A DNA stretch of 64,000 nt from an uncultured Actinomycetes bacterium (lineage in GTDB: Bacteria > Actinomycetota > Thermoleophilia > Gaiellales > Gaiellaceae): positions 19,306-83,305 of the forward strand of contig CAWDSD010000026.1 in NCBI GenBank assembly GCA_963804935.1. The letters run 5' to 3'. Made by a program: the position numbers and the translations under genes. Shown piece after piece: positions 26,130 to 34,530 of this stretch. The notes under the pieces are model-generated. The model was given only the letters and a program-made list of their open reading frames with translations. It made no database searches and was not told the DNA's origin. Position 1 is the stretch's first letter, and each line of letters opens with the position of its first letter.

Positions 26130-28741
26130 CAGCCGCCCGCCGCCGCATACGCCGCAGTCCCGCTCGAGGCCAGCACGGCCTGAGCCGCGGCGAGTCGCGC
26201 CAGCGGCACGCGGTACGGCGAGCACGAGACGTAGTCGAGACCGAGCTCGTGGCAGAACACCACGGACTTCGGCTCTCCCCCGTGTTCCCCGCAGATGCCG
26301 AGCTTCAGGTCCGGCTTGACTCCGCGTCCACGCTCGACCGCGATCCGCATCAGGTCGCCGACGCCGCCGATGTCGATCGTCTCGAACGGGTTCTGCTCCA
26401 GAACGCCGTCCTCGAGGTAGTACGTCAGGAACTTCCCCTCCGCATCGTCGCGGGAGAAACCGAGAGCGGTTTGCGTCAGGTCGTTCGTCCCGAAGGAAAA
26501 GAAGTCGGCGTGGCCGGCGATCTCGTCGGCGCGGATGCACGCGCGCGGGAGCTCGATCATCGTCCCGCAGAGATACTCGACCTCCGGCGCCTCCTCCTCC
26601 GCGACGCGCACGGTCAGCTCGCGCAGGCGGCGCAGCTCTTCCTCGAAACCGACGAGCGGATGCATGATCTCGACGACGGGCGCTTCACCGGTGCGCTGTT
26701 CCACCGAACGTGCAGCACGGATGATCGCGCGCACCTGCATCTCGTAGATCTCCGGCCACTGCAGTCCGAGCCGGCACCCGCGCGTGCCGAGCATCGGATT
26801 CGATTCCTGCAGCTGCTTGATGCGCCGGCGCATGCGTTCGTCCGTCGCCTGGTCGATCGGCGGCAGGAACTCGTGCAGCGGTGGATCGAGCAAACGAATC
26901 GTCACCGGCAGCCCTGCCATCGCCTCGAAGATCGCCTCGAAGTCACCCTGCTGGAACGGGAGCAACCTGTCGAGCGCGGCGCGCCGACCGTCTTCGCCCT
27001 CGGCGAGGATCATCTCGCGCACGACGGGCAGGCGATCCTCGGCCATGAACATGTGCTCTGTGCGACAGAGGCCGATGCCCTGCGCGCCGAACTCGCGCGC
27101 CTTCAAAGCGTCCGCCGGCGTGTCGGCGTTCGCGCGCACCTTCAGCACGCGGTACTCGTCGCCCCAGCCGAGGATCGTCTCCAGATCGTCGTTGACCTCC
27201 GGCGCGACGAGCGGGACTTCGCCGATGATCACCGCACCGGTTCCGCCGTCGATGGTCAGGACGTCCCCCTCGGACAGCGTTTGCGTGCCGAGAGTGATCG
27301 TCCGCGCATCGAGGTCGATCGAAAGCGCATCGCAGCCGGCGACGCATGGCTTGCCCATCCCGCGCGCCACAACTGCTGCGTGAGACGTCATGCCGCCGTG
27401 GGCGGTGAGGATCCCTGCCGCCTGGATCAGCCCATGGATGTCGTCCGGCGTGGTCTCCCAGCGGACGAGGATCACGCTCTCCCCCGACGCGCCGCGTTGC
27501 TCGGCAGTGTCCGCGTCGAGCACGATCTTCCCGCAGGCCGCGCCCGGCGAGGCGTTCAGTCCCTTGGCCGCCACCTCCCAGTCTGCCGTCGGATCGATCA
27601 TCGGATGCAACAGCTGGTCGAGCTGCGCCGGATCGATGCGCGTCACCGCCTGCTCGCGGGAGATCAATCCTTCGTCGACCATGTCGACCGCGGACTTCAC
27701 CGCTGCGGCGGCCGTACGCTTCGCCGACCGCGTCTGTAGCAGATAGAGCGCGTTGTCCTCGACGGTGAACTCGATGTCCTGCACGTCCTGGTAGTGCTGC
27801 TCGAGCCGCCGCATCGTTTCGAGCAGCTGCTCGAACGCCGCGGGCAGCTTCTGTTCCATGTGCGCAAGCGGCTCGGGCGTGCGGATGCCGGCGACGACGT
27901 CTTCGCCCTGCGCGTTGGCGAGGAACTCACCGTAGAGACCGGGCTCGCCGGTCGACGGGTCACGTGTGAACGCGACGCCCGTGCCTGACTCCTCGCCCTT
28001 GTTTCCGAAGACCATCTGCACGACGTTGACCGCTGTGCCGAGCTCGTCGGAGATGTCGTATTGGCGCCTGTAGACGATGGCGCGCGGCGCGTCCCACGAA
28101 TCGAACACCGCCTCGACCGCCCGAGTCAGCTGGTCGCGCGGATCCTGCGGAAAACCCTCACCGGTCTCCTCCTCGTAGATCTGCTTGTACGTCGCGATCA
28201 GCTCGCCGAGATCCTCGGCGGCCAGGTCGACGTCCTGGGCGACGCCGCGCGACTTCTTGAGATCGGTCAGCGCCTGCTCGAAGCGGTGCCCCGCGATTCC
28301 GTCGACCACCTCGCCGTACATCTGAATCAGGCGCCGGTAGGAATCGTTCGCGAACCGCTCGTTGCCGGTCGCACCCGCGAGGCCCTGCAGCGCCTTGTCG
28401 TTGAGCCCGAGGTTCAGGATCGTGTCCATCATCCCCGGCATCGAGACCGCAGCGCCCGAGCGGACCGACACGAGCAGCGGATCGCTCATGTCGCCGAAAC
28501 GTTTGCCCGTCTTCCGCTCCAGCGCCTCGAGGTGATGGTCGATCTCGTCGGCGAGCCCGTCCGGCAGCGCCTTGGCGTTCGATCTGTACGCGCGGCAGGC
28601 GTCGGTCGTGATCGTGAAGCCTGCGGGAACCGGAACTCCCAGTTGGGTCATCTCGGCGAGCCCGACACCCTTCCCCCCGAGGAGCTCACGGCCTCCCTCG
28701 GAGGGCTCGTCGAAGTCGTAGACGTAGCGGTGGGCCGTCAA
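26129..28741 (-). CDS. ppdK: pyruvate, phosphate dikinase
   Basis: GGKGVGLAEM, GGMTSHAAVVARGMGKPCV (phospho-His), CGEHGG and full PPDK length. TTG 28741 (GAGAGGA SD 8 nt upstream) is preferred over TTG 28771. Confidence 0.95.
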   Translation of the reverse strand: MTAHRYVYDFDEPSEGGRELLGGKGVGLAEMTQLGVPVPAGFTITTDACRAYRSNAKALPDGLADEIDHHLEALERKTGKRFGDMSDPLLVSVRSGAAVSMPGMMDTILNLGLNDKALQGLAGATGNERFANDSYRRLIQMYGEVVDGIAGHRFEQALTDLKKSRGVAQDVDLAAEDLGELIATYKQIYEEETGEGFPQDPRDQLTRAVEAVFDSWDAPRAIVYRRQYDISDELGTAVNVVQMVFGNKGEESGTGVAFTRDPSTGEPGLYGEFLANAQGEDVVAGIRTPEPLAHMEQKLPAAFEQLLETMRRLEQHYQDVQDIEFTVEDNALYLLQTRSAKRTAAAAVKSAVDMVDEGLISREQAVTRIDPAQLDQLLHPMIDPTADWEVAAKGLNASPGAACGKIVLDADTAEQRGASGESVILVRWETTPDDIHGLIQAAGILTAHGGMTSHAAVVARGMGKPCVAGCDALSIDLDARTITLGTQTLSEGDVLTIDGGTGAVIIGEVPLVAPEVNDDLETILGWGDEYRVLKVRANADTPADALKAREFGAQGIGLCRTEHMFMAEDRLPVVREMILAEGEDGRRAALDRLLPFQQGDFEAIFEAMAGLPVTIRLLDPPLHEFLPPIDQATDERMRRRIKQLQESNPMLGTRGCRLGLQWPEIYEMQVRAIIRAARSVEQRTGEAPVVEIMHPLVGFEEELRRLRELTVRVAEEEAPEVEYLCGTMIELPRACIRADEIAGHADFFSFGTNDLTQTALGFSRDDAEGKFLTYYLEDGVLEQNPFETIDIGGVGDLMRIAVERGRGVKPDLKLGICGEHGGEPKSVVFCHELGLDYVSCSPYRVPLARLAAAQAVLASSGTAAYAAAGG

Positions 28742-28782
28742 GGCGGTGATCCTCTCACAAATGCCCTGCAATACTCGGCGTT

Positions 28783-29443
28783 ATGCCGGAGCCGACGATC
28801 GTGGCGATGGGTGGGCTCACCGAGAAGACGCTCCTCGACTACGTGCTGGGAATCGCTCCCGGGAAACGACTCCTCTACGTTCCGACCGCAGGCATGGAAG
28901 ATCCCGCTCGGACCGTGTCGTGGTACGAGCGTCTGCACGGACGCGCCGAGATGACGCATCTGCACTTCTCGCCGTGGCCTCCTGCGCATCTCCGTGAGCT
29001 CGTGCTCGGCCAGGACATCGTCCTCGTCGCCGGCGGCAACACCGCGAACGCGCTCGCAATCTGGCGCGTGCACGGCTTCGACACGGTGCTCCGCGAAGCC
29101 TGGGAGCAGCGGCATCGTGTTGACGGGCTGGAGCGCCGGAATGATCTGCTGGTTCGAGCACGGTGTCACCGATTCGTTCGGTCCCGAGCTCGGGTCGATG
29201 GAGTGTCTTGGATTTCTGCCCGGCAGCGCCTGCCCGCACTACGACGGCGAGGAGCGCCGACGGCCGGTGTACAGGCAACTCGTCGGAGCAGGTCTGCCGG
29301 CAGGCCTCGCAGCGGACGACGACGTCGCGCTCCACTTCGTCGGCACCGAACTCCACGAGGTCGTCACTTCGAGGCCCGGCGCGACCGCCTACCGGGTCGG
29401 GCCCGAAGGCGAGCGACCACTCGAGGCGCGGCTGCTCGGCTGA
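28783..29443 (+). pseudogene. frameshifted peptidase E / S51-family (type 1 glutamine amidotransferase-like) gene
   Basis: The N-half (ORF 28783.., ...IVLVAGGNTANALAIWRVHGFDTVLREAWEQ) continues in the +1 frame (ORF 28994..29443) as GIVLTGWSAGMICWFEHG...CPHYDGE. One extra base lies near 29110 (gag cag c ggc atc). Confidence 0.7.
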
Positions 29444-29448
29444 GAGAC

Positions 29449-29474
29449 GAGCGGCCTCGCCGGCGAGGCCGCTC
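29449..29474. terminator. perfect 26-bp GC palindrome between convergent genes (candidate bidirectional terminator)
   Basis: GAGCGGCCTCGCC/GGCGAGGCCGCTC lies 6 nt after the pepE-like stop. There is no U-tract. Confidence 0.5.
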
Positions 29475-29550
29475 TGTCCAGCGTCGGGGAGAGACCCGAC
29501 TACACAGGCGAAGTATAGCTCCATCGATATAGCTGCTTCCCTGGCCTATA

Positions 29551-29715
29551 TCAACGATCCCGGCGTCTGCGCGAGCGGAATTCCGCGAGCCACGCAAGCC
29601 CTCTCAGCCCCAGCCAGATGGGCGTGAGCAGGACGTAGAAGGCGAGCAGCGACAGGCCGAGCAGCATCCACCAGATGGCCCAGCGCCACCAGGGGACGGG
29701 CGGCTTTACCGTCAC
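29551..29715 (-). CDS. small Trp-rich membrane protein coupled to the PPDK regulator gene
   Basis: 54 aa: VTVKPPVPWWRWAIWWMLLGLSLLAFYVLLTPIWLGLRGLAWLAEFRSRRRRDR. GTG 29715 overlaps the upstream stop (GTGA). Confidence 0.5.
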   Translation of the reverse strand: MTVKPPVPWWRWAIWWMLLGLSLLAFYVLLTPIWLGLRGLAWLAEFRSRRRRDR

Positions 29716-30542
29716 GTGCCCTCGGCGGCCGCGGCCTCGGCCTTCCGGCCCTCCACGGTACGCAGGATCCGCTGTGCGGTCTCCTCGATCGAAAGTTCCG
29801 AGATGTCGATCACGGGACAACCGAGCCGGCGCTGGACCGCCGTTGCCTCCTCGAGCTCGTCGTACACCTCGGTCAGGCCGGAGTAGAGCCGGTTGTTGGC
29901 GCCGAGGTTTTTCACCCGGGCACGCCGAATCTCCGCAAGCCGGTCGGCATGGATCGTGAGCCCGACGATCTTGGCGGGGTCGAGCTCGAAGAGCTCCTTC
30001 GGCGTCGCGATCCCTTTCACGATCGGAACGTTCGCCACCTTGTGCCCGAGGTACCCGAGGTAGATCGACAGGGGCGTCTTCGAGGTGCGCGAGACGCCGA
30101 CGAGCACGATGTCCGCCTCGTCCAGCCCTGCCCCCACGCCGTCGTCGTACTTGACGGCGAACTCCATCGCCTCGATTCGCCGGAAGTACGCGGGAGTAAG
30201 CGGCGCCCGCGAGCCGGGCGTCATCCGCGCTGTCTGGCCCGACACGCGGGCAACGGCGTCGATCGGGTGTCCGAGGAGATCGCAGTAGTGCACGCGGGCA
30301 CGACGGCAAAGGCGGCGCATCGCATCGCGAAGCTCCGGATCGACGAGCGTGTAGATGACGACCGCGGCGTGGCCCCGGGCGCTCAGGACTGCGCGCTCGA
30401 GATCCGCCACGGTCTCGGCCCGGGTGTGGCGCACCTCCTCGAACTCCTGTTCAGGGAACTGCGCCTCCAGTGCCTGAACGAGCCGCGCGGCAGTCTCCCC
30501 GGTGGAGTCGGAGACGATGTGCAGTTCCACGCGTTGCGCCAT
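29712..30542 (-). CDS. pyruvate, phosphate dikinase / PEP synthase regulatory protein (PDRP, DUF299)
   Basis: MAQRVELHIVSDSTGETA N-terminus and VLVGVSRTSKTPLSIYL P-loop. ATG at 30542. Confidence 0.9.
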   Translation of the reverse strand: MAQRVELHIVSDSTGETAARLVQALEAQFPEQEFEEVRHTRAETVADLERAVLSARGHAAVVIYTLVDPELRDAMRRLCRRARVHYCDLLGHPIDAVARVSGQTARMTPGSRAPLTPAYFRRIEAMEFAVKYDDGVGAGLDEADIVLVGVSRTSKTPLSIYLGYLGHKVANVPIVKGIATPKELFELDPAKIVGLTIHADRLAEIRRARVKNLGANNRLYSGLTEVYDELEEATAVQRRLGCPVIDISELSIEETAQRILRTVEGRKAEAAAAEGT

Positions 30543-30648
30543 CGGGCGGAGGCTAGTGGCTGGCGTCCCCAGGGCGCCGGGGCACGTCTTTAAAAAGCCT
30601 TTACGTCCTTCTAAGCATGCTCTTAGACCGTGTGGGCACGTTGAAACC

Positions 30649-31053
30649 ATGGCTCGGGGGAGGCTCCATCTGGTGGCGTTCGTCGTCGCAGCGCTGGCGG
30701 CGCTCGCTGTCTGCGGATCTGCCGCAGCCGCGACCCCGGATTGCGCGTCGCGACTCCTCGCCGACTGGCGTGACGGCCGCATGGACCGTGTCTATCCCGT
30801 CGACTGCTACCGGGAGGCGCTTGCGAGCCTGCCGGAAGATCTCCGCATCTACTCGAGCGCCGAGACCGACATCACGCGTGCCCTGCAGGCCCGCGTCAGG
30901 ACCGAGGGCGTGACGAAGGTCGCCGCGGCGCCGAAGACCGCCGCTGCGCCGAAGACCGACGGAGGCCACCACGGCGTGTCTCCGTTCCTCATCCTGGCCG
31001 TGACGGCCGGGCTGGTCCTCGGCGTCGGGTCGTTGCTCGTCTACGCACGCTAG
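30649..31053 (+). CDS. hypothetical exported protein with C-terminal TM anchor
   Basis: ATG 30649. Signal-like MARGRLHLVAFVVAALAALAVCGSAAAA, internal AAPKTAAAPKT duplication and C-terminal FLILAVTAGLVLGVGSLLVY. Confidence 0.6.
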   Translation: MARGRLHLVAFVVAALAALAVCGSAAAATPDCASRLLADWRDGRMDRVYPVDCYREALASLPEDLRIYSSAETDITRALQARVRTEGVTKVAAAPKTAAAPKTDGGHHGVSPFLILAVTAGLVLGVGSLLVYAR

Positions 31054-31111
31054 GCAAAACGCGTCGGATAACGTCCCCGGCCATGGCCGTCGCTCGCCTC
31101 CGGCTCGCTCC

Positions 31112-31138
31112 CGTGAGGGAAACAATGTTTCCCTCACG
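31112..31138 (+). terminator. 12-bp perfect hairpin followed by CUUCUUU (candidate intrinsic terminator)
   Basis: CGTGAGGGAAAC-aat-GTTTCCCTCACG lies 58 nt after the stop at 31053, followed by agctcccTTCTTT. Confidence 0.6.
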
Positions 31139-31209
31139 AGCTCCCTTCTTTAGGGATCGCCTCAGCCCCCGCGCCGCTGAGATCGCCGCGTGGGCCGAGG
31201 AGAACAAGT

Positions 31210-31273
31210 GGGGAAACCTCCCGGTTTCCCCCTTCGCCCCTTCCACCGCTCATCGGCCAAGACCCGGCCGATG
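31210..31273 (+). promoter_or_regulatory. structured glyQS leader: 9-bp hairpin plus an 8-bp hairpin containing the start codon
   Basis: GGGGAAACC-tccc-GGTTTCCCC (31210..31231). CATCGGCC-aagaccc-GGCCGATG (31251..31273) pairs the ATG at 31271. Confidence 0.4.
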
Positions 31274-32632
31274 AGCGAACCCGAGCCGGTGACGATGGAC
31301 AAGATCGTTTCGCTCTCCCGCCGACGCGGGTTCGTCTTCCCGTCCTCCGAGATCTACGGCGGCATGGGCTCGACGTTCGACTACGGCCACTACGGCGTCC
31401 TGATGAAGAACAACATCCGCGCGCGCTGGTTCGAGGCGATGGTGCGAAACCGCGACGACATCGTCGCGATCGACTCGGCAGTGATCCTGCATCCCAGGGT
31501 CTGGGAAGCGTCCGGCCATGTCGGCGGGTTCAGCGATCCGCTGATCGACTGCCGTACCTGCAAGCTGCGCTTCCGGGCGGACAAGCTGGAGGACTCGAAC
31601 TGCGGGCGCAAGCCGAGCAAGCGGCCCGGTGAGACTCCCGAGTGCGACCTGACCGAGCCACGCCAGTTCAACCTGATGTTCGAGACGACCGTCGGCGCGC
31701 TACAGGAAGAGGGCTCGCGTGCCTTCCTACGGCCGGAGACCGCCCAGGGAATCTTCATCAACTTCAAGAACGTCCTCCAGATCGCGAGACGCAAGCCGCC
31801 GTTCGGAATCGCCCAGACCGGGAAGTCGTTTCGCAACGAGATCACCCCCGGCAACTTCCTCTTCCGCGTGCGCGAGTTCGAGCAGATGGAGATGGAGTTC
31901 TTCGTCCCGCCGGACGAGGCAGACAAGTGGTACCGCTACTGGATCGACGAGCGGCTCAACTGGTACCGCCGCTACGGCCTGCGTGACAGCAAGCTTCGTG
32001 TGCGCGAGCACGGGCCCGAGGAACGGTCGCACTACTCACAGGGAACGAGCGACATCGAGTACGACTACCCGATCGGCTGGGGCGAGCTCGAGGGCATTGC
32101 GAATCGCGGCGACTTCGACCTGACGCAGCACACCGAGCACTCGACGACGAAGCTGGAGTACGTCGGACAGGACGGTGAGCGTTACGTCCCGTACGTGATC
32201 GAGCCCGCAGTCAGCATCGAGCGGATCATGGTCGCCATGCTCGTCGACGCGTACGACGAGGAGGTCGTCGGCGACCGCGAGCGAACCGTCCTCCGCCTGC
32301 ACCCGCAGATCGCGCCGGTCACGGCCGCCGTTCTGCCCCTCATCGGCAAGAACGACGAAATGGTCGGAAAGGCGCGCGGCCTCTACGAGGAGCTCCGCCG
32401 GCGCCACAGCGTGGAGTACGACGACGGTGGCGCGATCGGGCGCCGCTACCGCCGCCAGGACGAGATCGGCACACCGTGGGCGTTCACCGTCGACGACCAG
32501 ACGCTCGAGGACGACACGGTGACGGTCCGCGACCGCGATTCACTTGCGCAAGAACGGCTGCCGATCGCCGGCGTGCCCGACTGGATCGGCGCCGCGCTGG
32601 AGCGCGACTGGAAGTCGCCGAAGGAAAGCTAG
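31271..32632 (+). CDS. glyQS: glycine--tRNA ligase (homodimeric class II GlyQS)
   Basis: KIVSLSRRRGFVFPSSEIYGG, FRNEITPGNFLFRVREFEQMEMEFF and a C-terminal anticodon-binding domain. ATG 31271 (31295 alternative). Confidence 0.95.
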   Translation: MSEPEPVTMDKIVSLSRRRGFVFPSSEIYGGMGSTFDYGHYGVLMKNNIRARWFEAMVRNRDDIVAIDSAVILHPRVWEASGHVGGFSDPLIDCRTCKLRFRADKLEDSNCGRKPSKRPGETPECDLTEPRQFNLMFETTVGALQEEGSRAFLRPETAQGIFINFKNVLQIARRKPPFGIAQTGKSFRNEITPGNFLFRVREFEQMEMEFFVPPDEADKWYRYWIDERLNWYRRYGLRDSKLRVREHGPEERSHYSQGTSDIEYDYPIGWGELEGIANRGDFDLTQHTEHSTTKLEYVGQDGERYVPYVIEPAVSIERIMVAMLVDAYDEEVVGDRERTVLRLHPQIAPVTAAVLPLIGKNDEMVGKARGLYEELRRRHSVEYDDGGAIGRRYRRQDEIGTPWAFTVDDQTLEDDTVTVRDRDSLAQERLPIAGVPDWIGAALERDWKSPKES

Positions 32633-33375
32633 GCGCTGCGCAGCGTGCGCAGCCGGAAGTTCCCGAAGTATTCGTAGGCTGAAGTGATCACGGCGAGAGC
32701 GTCGCGGGCCGAGCGTTCAGCGAGGCCGACGTCGCCCGCCTCGGCGAGCGGCCGCGCGAGGAGTGCCTCGATTCCCGTGATTCCTGCCGGCGAGAGGGCG
32801 AGCGCGCCGGCGTTGCAGCCCCTGCACACCGCGCCACCTGCAGCGGGCGAGTAACCGACGAGCGGCTCGGTCTCGGAGCCACAGTCTGCGCAGCTCGTCA
32901 GGTGCGGCAGGTAGCCGGAGAGCCAGAGCAGCTTGAGTTGAAACGAGAGCGCGAGCGGCTCGAACGCCGCGCGTGCGCTTCGGGGCTCGAGTCCTTCGAC
33001 GAGGCCGAGGAAGCGGGTCAGCGCCTGGAAGGCGCGGTCGTTCCCCTCCTGTTCGGTGAAGAGGCGCAGCATCGCCTCGGCGCCGAGCAGGCCGACACCG
33101 AGCCTGTACTGCTGTTCGCGCACTTCATGGTGCGAGCGAATGAGCTGGACGCCGGTGACGGTCTGCAGCTCGCCCGCTCCCTGGTGGAGCATCAGGTCGA
33201 CGTGCGAGAGCGGCTCGAGGCGCGCGCCGAACCGCGATTTCGTCTTGCGAATCCCTTTTGCCACCGCGCCGATTCGTCCACGCTCGAGCGTATAGAGGTG
33301 GAGGACGCGGTCGGCCTCGCCCAGGCGGAACGAGCGGAGCACGACCGCCTCGGTCTTGTACGAGCGGCCGGCCAT
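32629..33375 (-). CDS. recO: DNA repair protein RecO
   Basis: SYKTEAVVLRSFRLGEADRVLHLYT OB-fold N-terminus and CADCGS...CRGC zinc motif. Confidence 0.9.
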   Translation of the reverse strand: MAGRSYKTEAVVLRSFRLGEADRVLHLYTLERGRIGAVAKGIRKTKSRFGARLEPLSHVDLMLHQGAGELQTVTGVQLIRSHHEVREQQYRLGVGLLGAEAMLRLFTEQEGNDRAFQALTRFLGLVEGLEPRSARAAFEPLALSFQLKLLWLSGYLPHLTSCADCGSETEPLVGYSPAAGGAVCRGCNAGALALSPAGITGIEALLARPLAEAGDVGLAERSARDALAVITSAYEYFGNFRLRTLRSA

Positions 33376-33442
33376 GACTCGGCCAGTCTAGTCCCGAGGG
33401 TGGAGGGAACCTTCGCGCCGGGTTCTTCGTTACACCAGGGAG

Positions 33443-33697
33443 ATGGCGAGGATCCGCGTCTACTCGACCCGTTGGTGCGGCTACTGCGTCCGCGCGAAGG
33501 CGCTACTCGACGGCAAGGGGCTCGAGTACGAGGACGTGTTTCTCGACGACGATCCTGCGTTTCGCCAGAAGCTCTTCGATCTCACCGGCGGCTGGACGGT
33601 CCCGCAGATCGTGATCGACGGCAAGCCGATCGGCGGCTACGCCGAGCTCTGGCGGCTCGACCGCGACGGACTGCTCGACAAGGCGGTCGCAGCCTAA
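33443..33697 (+). CDS. grxC: glutaredoxin
   Basis: 84 aa with CGYC active site and TVPQIVIDGKPIGGY. Confidence 0.85.
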   Translation: MARIRVYSTRWCGYCVRAKALLDGKGLEYEDVFLDDDPAFRQKLFDLTGGWTVPQIVIDGKPIGGYAELWRLDRDGLLDKAVAA

Positions 33698-34530
33698 GCC
33701 GCGTCGAGTCGCTGGCAGGTGGGGCAGTACCACGTGCCGCGACCGGCGGTCCGGATCTTGTCGATCGGCGTTCCGCAACGCGGGCACGGTTCTCCTTCGC
33801 GGCCGTAGACGCGGAAGCGATCCTGCATGCGACCACGTCCTCCGTCAGGGGTCGAGTAGTCGCGGAGACTCGCGCCCTGGCGTGCGACCCCCGCCTTGAG
33901 CGCAGCCTTCACGGCACGGGTGAGTCGTGCGATCTCGTCATCGCCCAGCGTGCCGGCGAGCCTGAGCGGATGGATCTCCGCGCGCCACAGCGCCTCGTCG
34001 ACGTAGATGTTGCCGAGGCCCGCCACCGTGCGCTGGTCGAGCAGGGCCGCCTTGATCGGCGCTCGGCGCCCTGACAGGCGCTCCGCGAGGCGGCGCGCGT
34101 TGAACGTGCGGCCGAGTGGTTCCACGCCGAGCCGTTTGTCGAGGTAGGACTCGAGCTCTCCGGGCTCGAGCAGCTGCCAGGTGCCGAAGCGGCGCACGTC
34201 GCGGTAGGAGACATTGGATCCGTCGTCGAGCGTGACGACCGCGCGTCGGTGTGCGTCGTCTGCCAACGATCCGTTCGCCGCGGTCCGAAGGCTCCCGGTC
34301 ATCCGGAGGTGGATCAGGAGAACCCGGCCGGACTCGAACCGGACGATCAGATACTTCCCTCGGCGCTCGAGCGCCGACACTCGCTCTCCCTCGAGCTCGA
34401 TCGCCACCTCGATCGGCTCGAACGGACGCACGAGCCGCGGGTCGCTGATCTCGACTTGCGCGAACGTCCGGCCGACCAGGTGCGGCTCGAGCTTCAGCCG
34501 GATCGTCTCGACTTCCGGGAGCTCGGGCAT
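33694..34530 (-). CDS. mutM: formamidopyrimidine-DNA glycosylase
   Basis: MPELPEVE N-terminus, H2TH region and C-terminal zinc finger CPRCGTPI...YCPTCQ. Confidence 0.95.
   Translation of the reverse strand: MPELPEVETIRLKLEPHLVGRTFAQVEISDPRLVRPFEPIEVAIELEGERVSALERRGKYLIVRFESGRVLLIHLRMTGSLRTAANGSLADDAHRRAVVTLDDGSNVSYRDVRRFGTWQLLEPGELESYLDKRLGVEPLGRTFNARRLAERLSGRRAPIKAALLDQRTVAGLGNIYVDEALWRAEIHPLRLAGTLGDDEIARLTRAVKAALKAGVARQGASLRDYSTPDGGRGRMQDRFRVYGREGEPCPRCGTPIDKIRTAGRGTWYCPTCQRLDAA

Noticed and set aside
30649-31053. Lipoprotein call for the exported protein (LAVC-GS).
   Set aside because: Val at position -1 does not fit the lipobox [LVI][ASTVI][GAS]C. An AAAA/TP signal peptidase I site is equally plausible.
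31054-31270. T-box riboswitch upstream of glyQS.
   Set aside because: There is no GGUGGNACCGCG T-box sequence, no recognisable specifier loop with GGC, and no AG bulge or distal loop motifs. Only generic hairpins are present, so it is kept as an unexplained structured leader.
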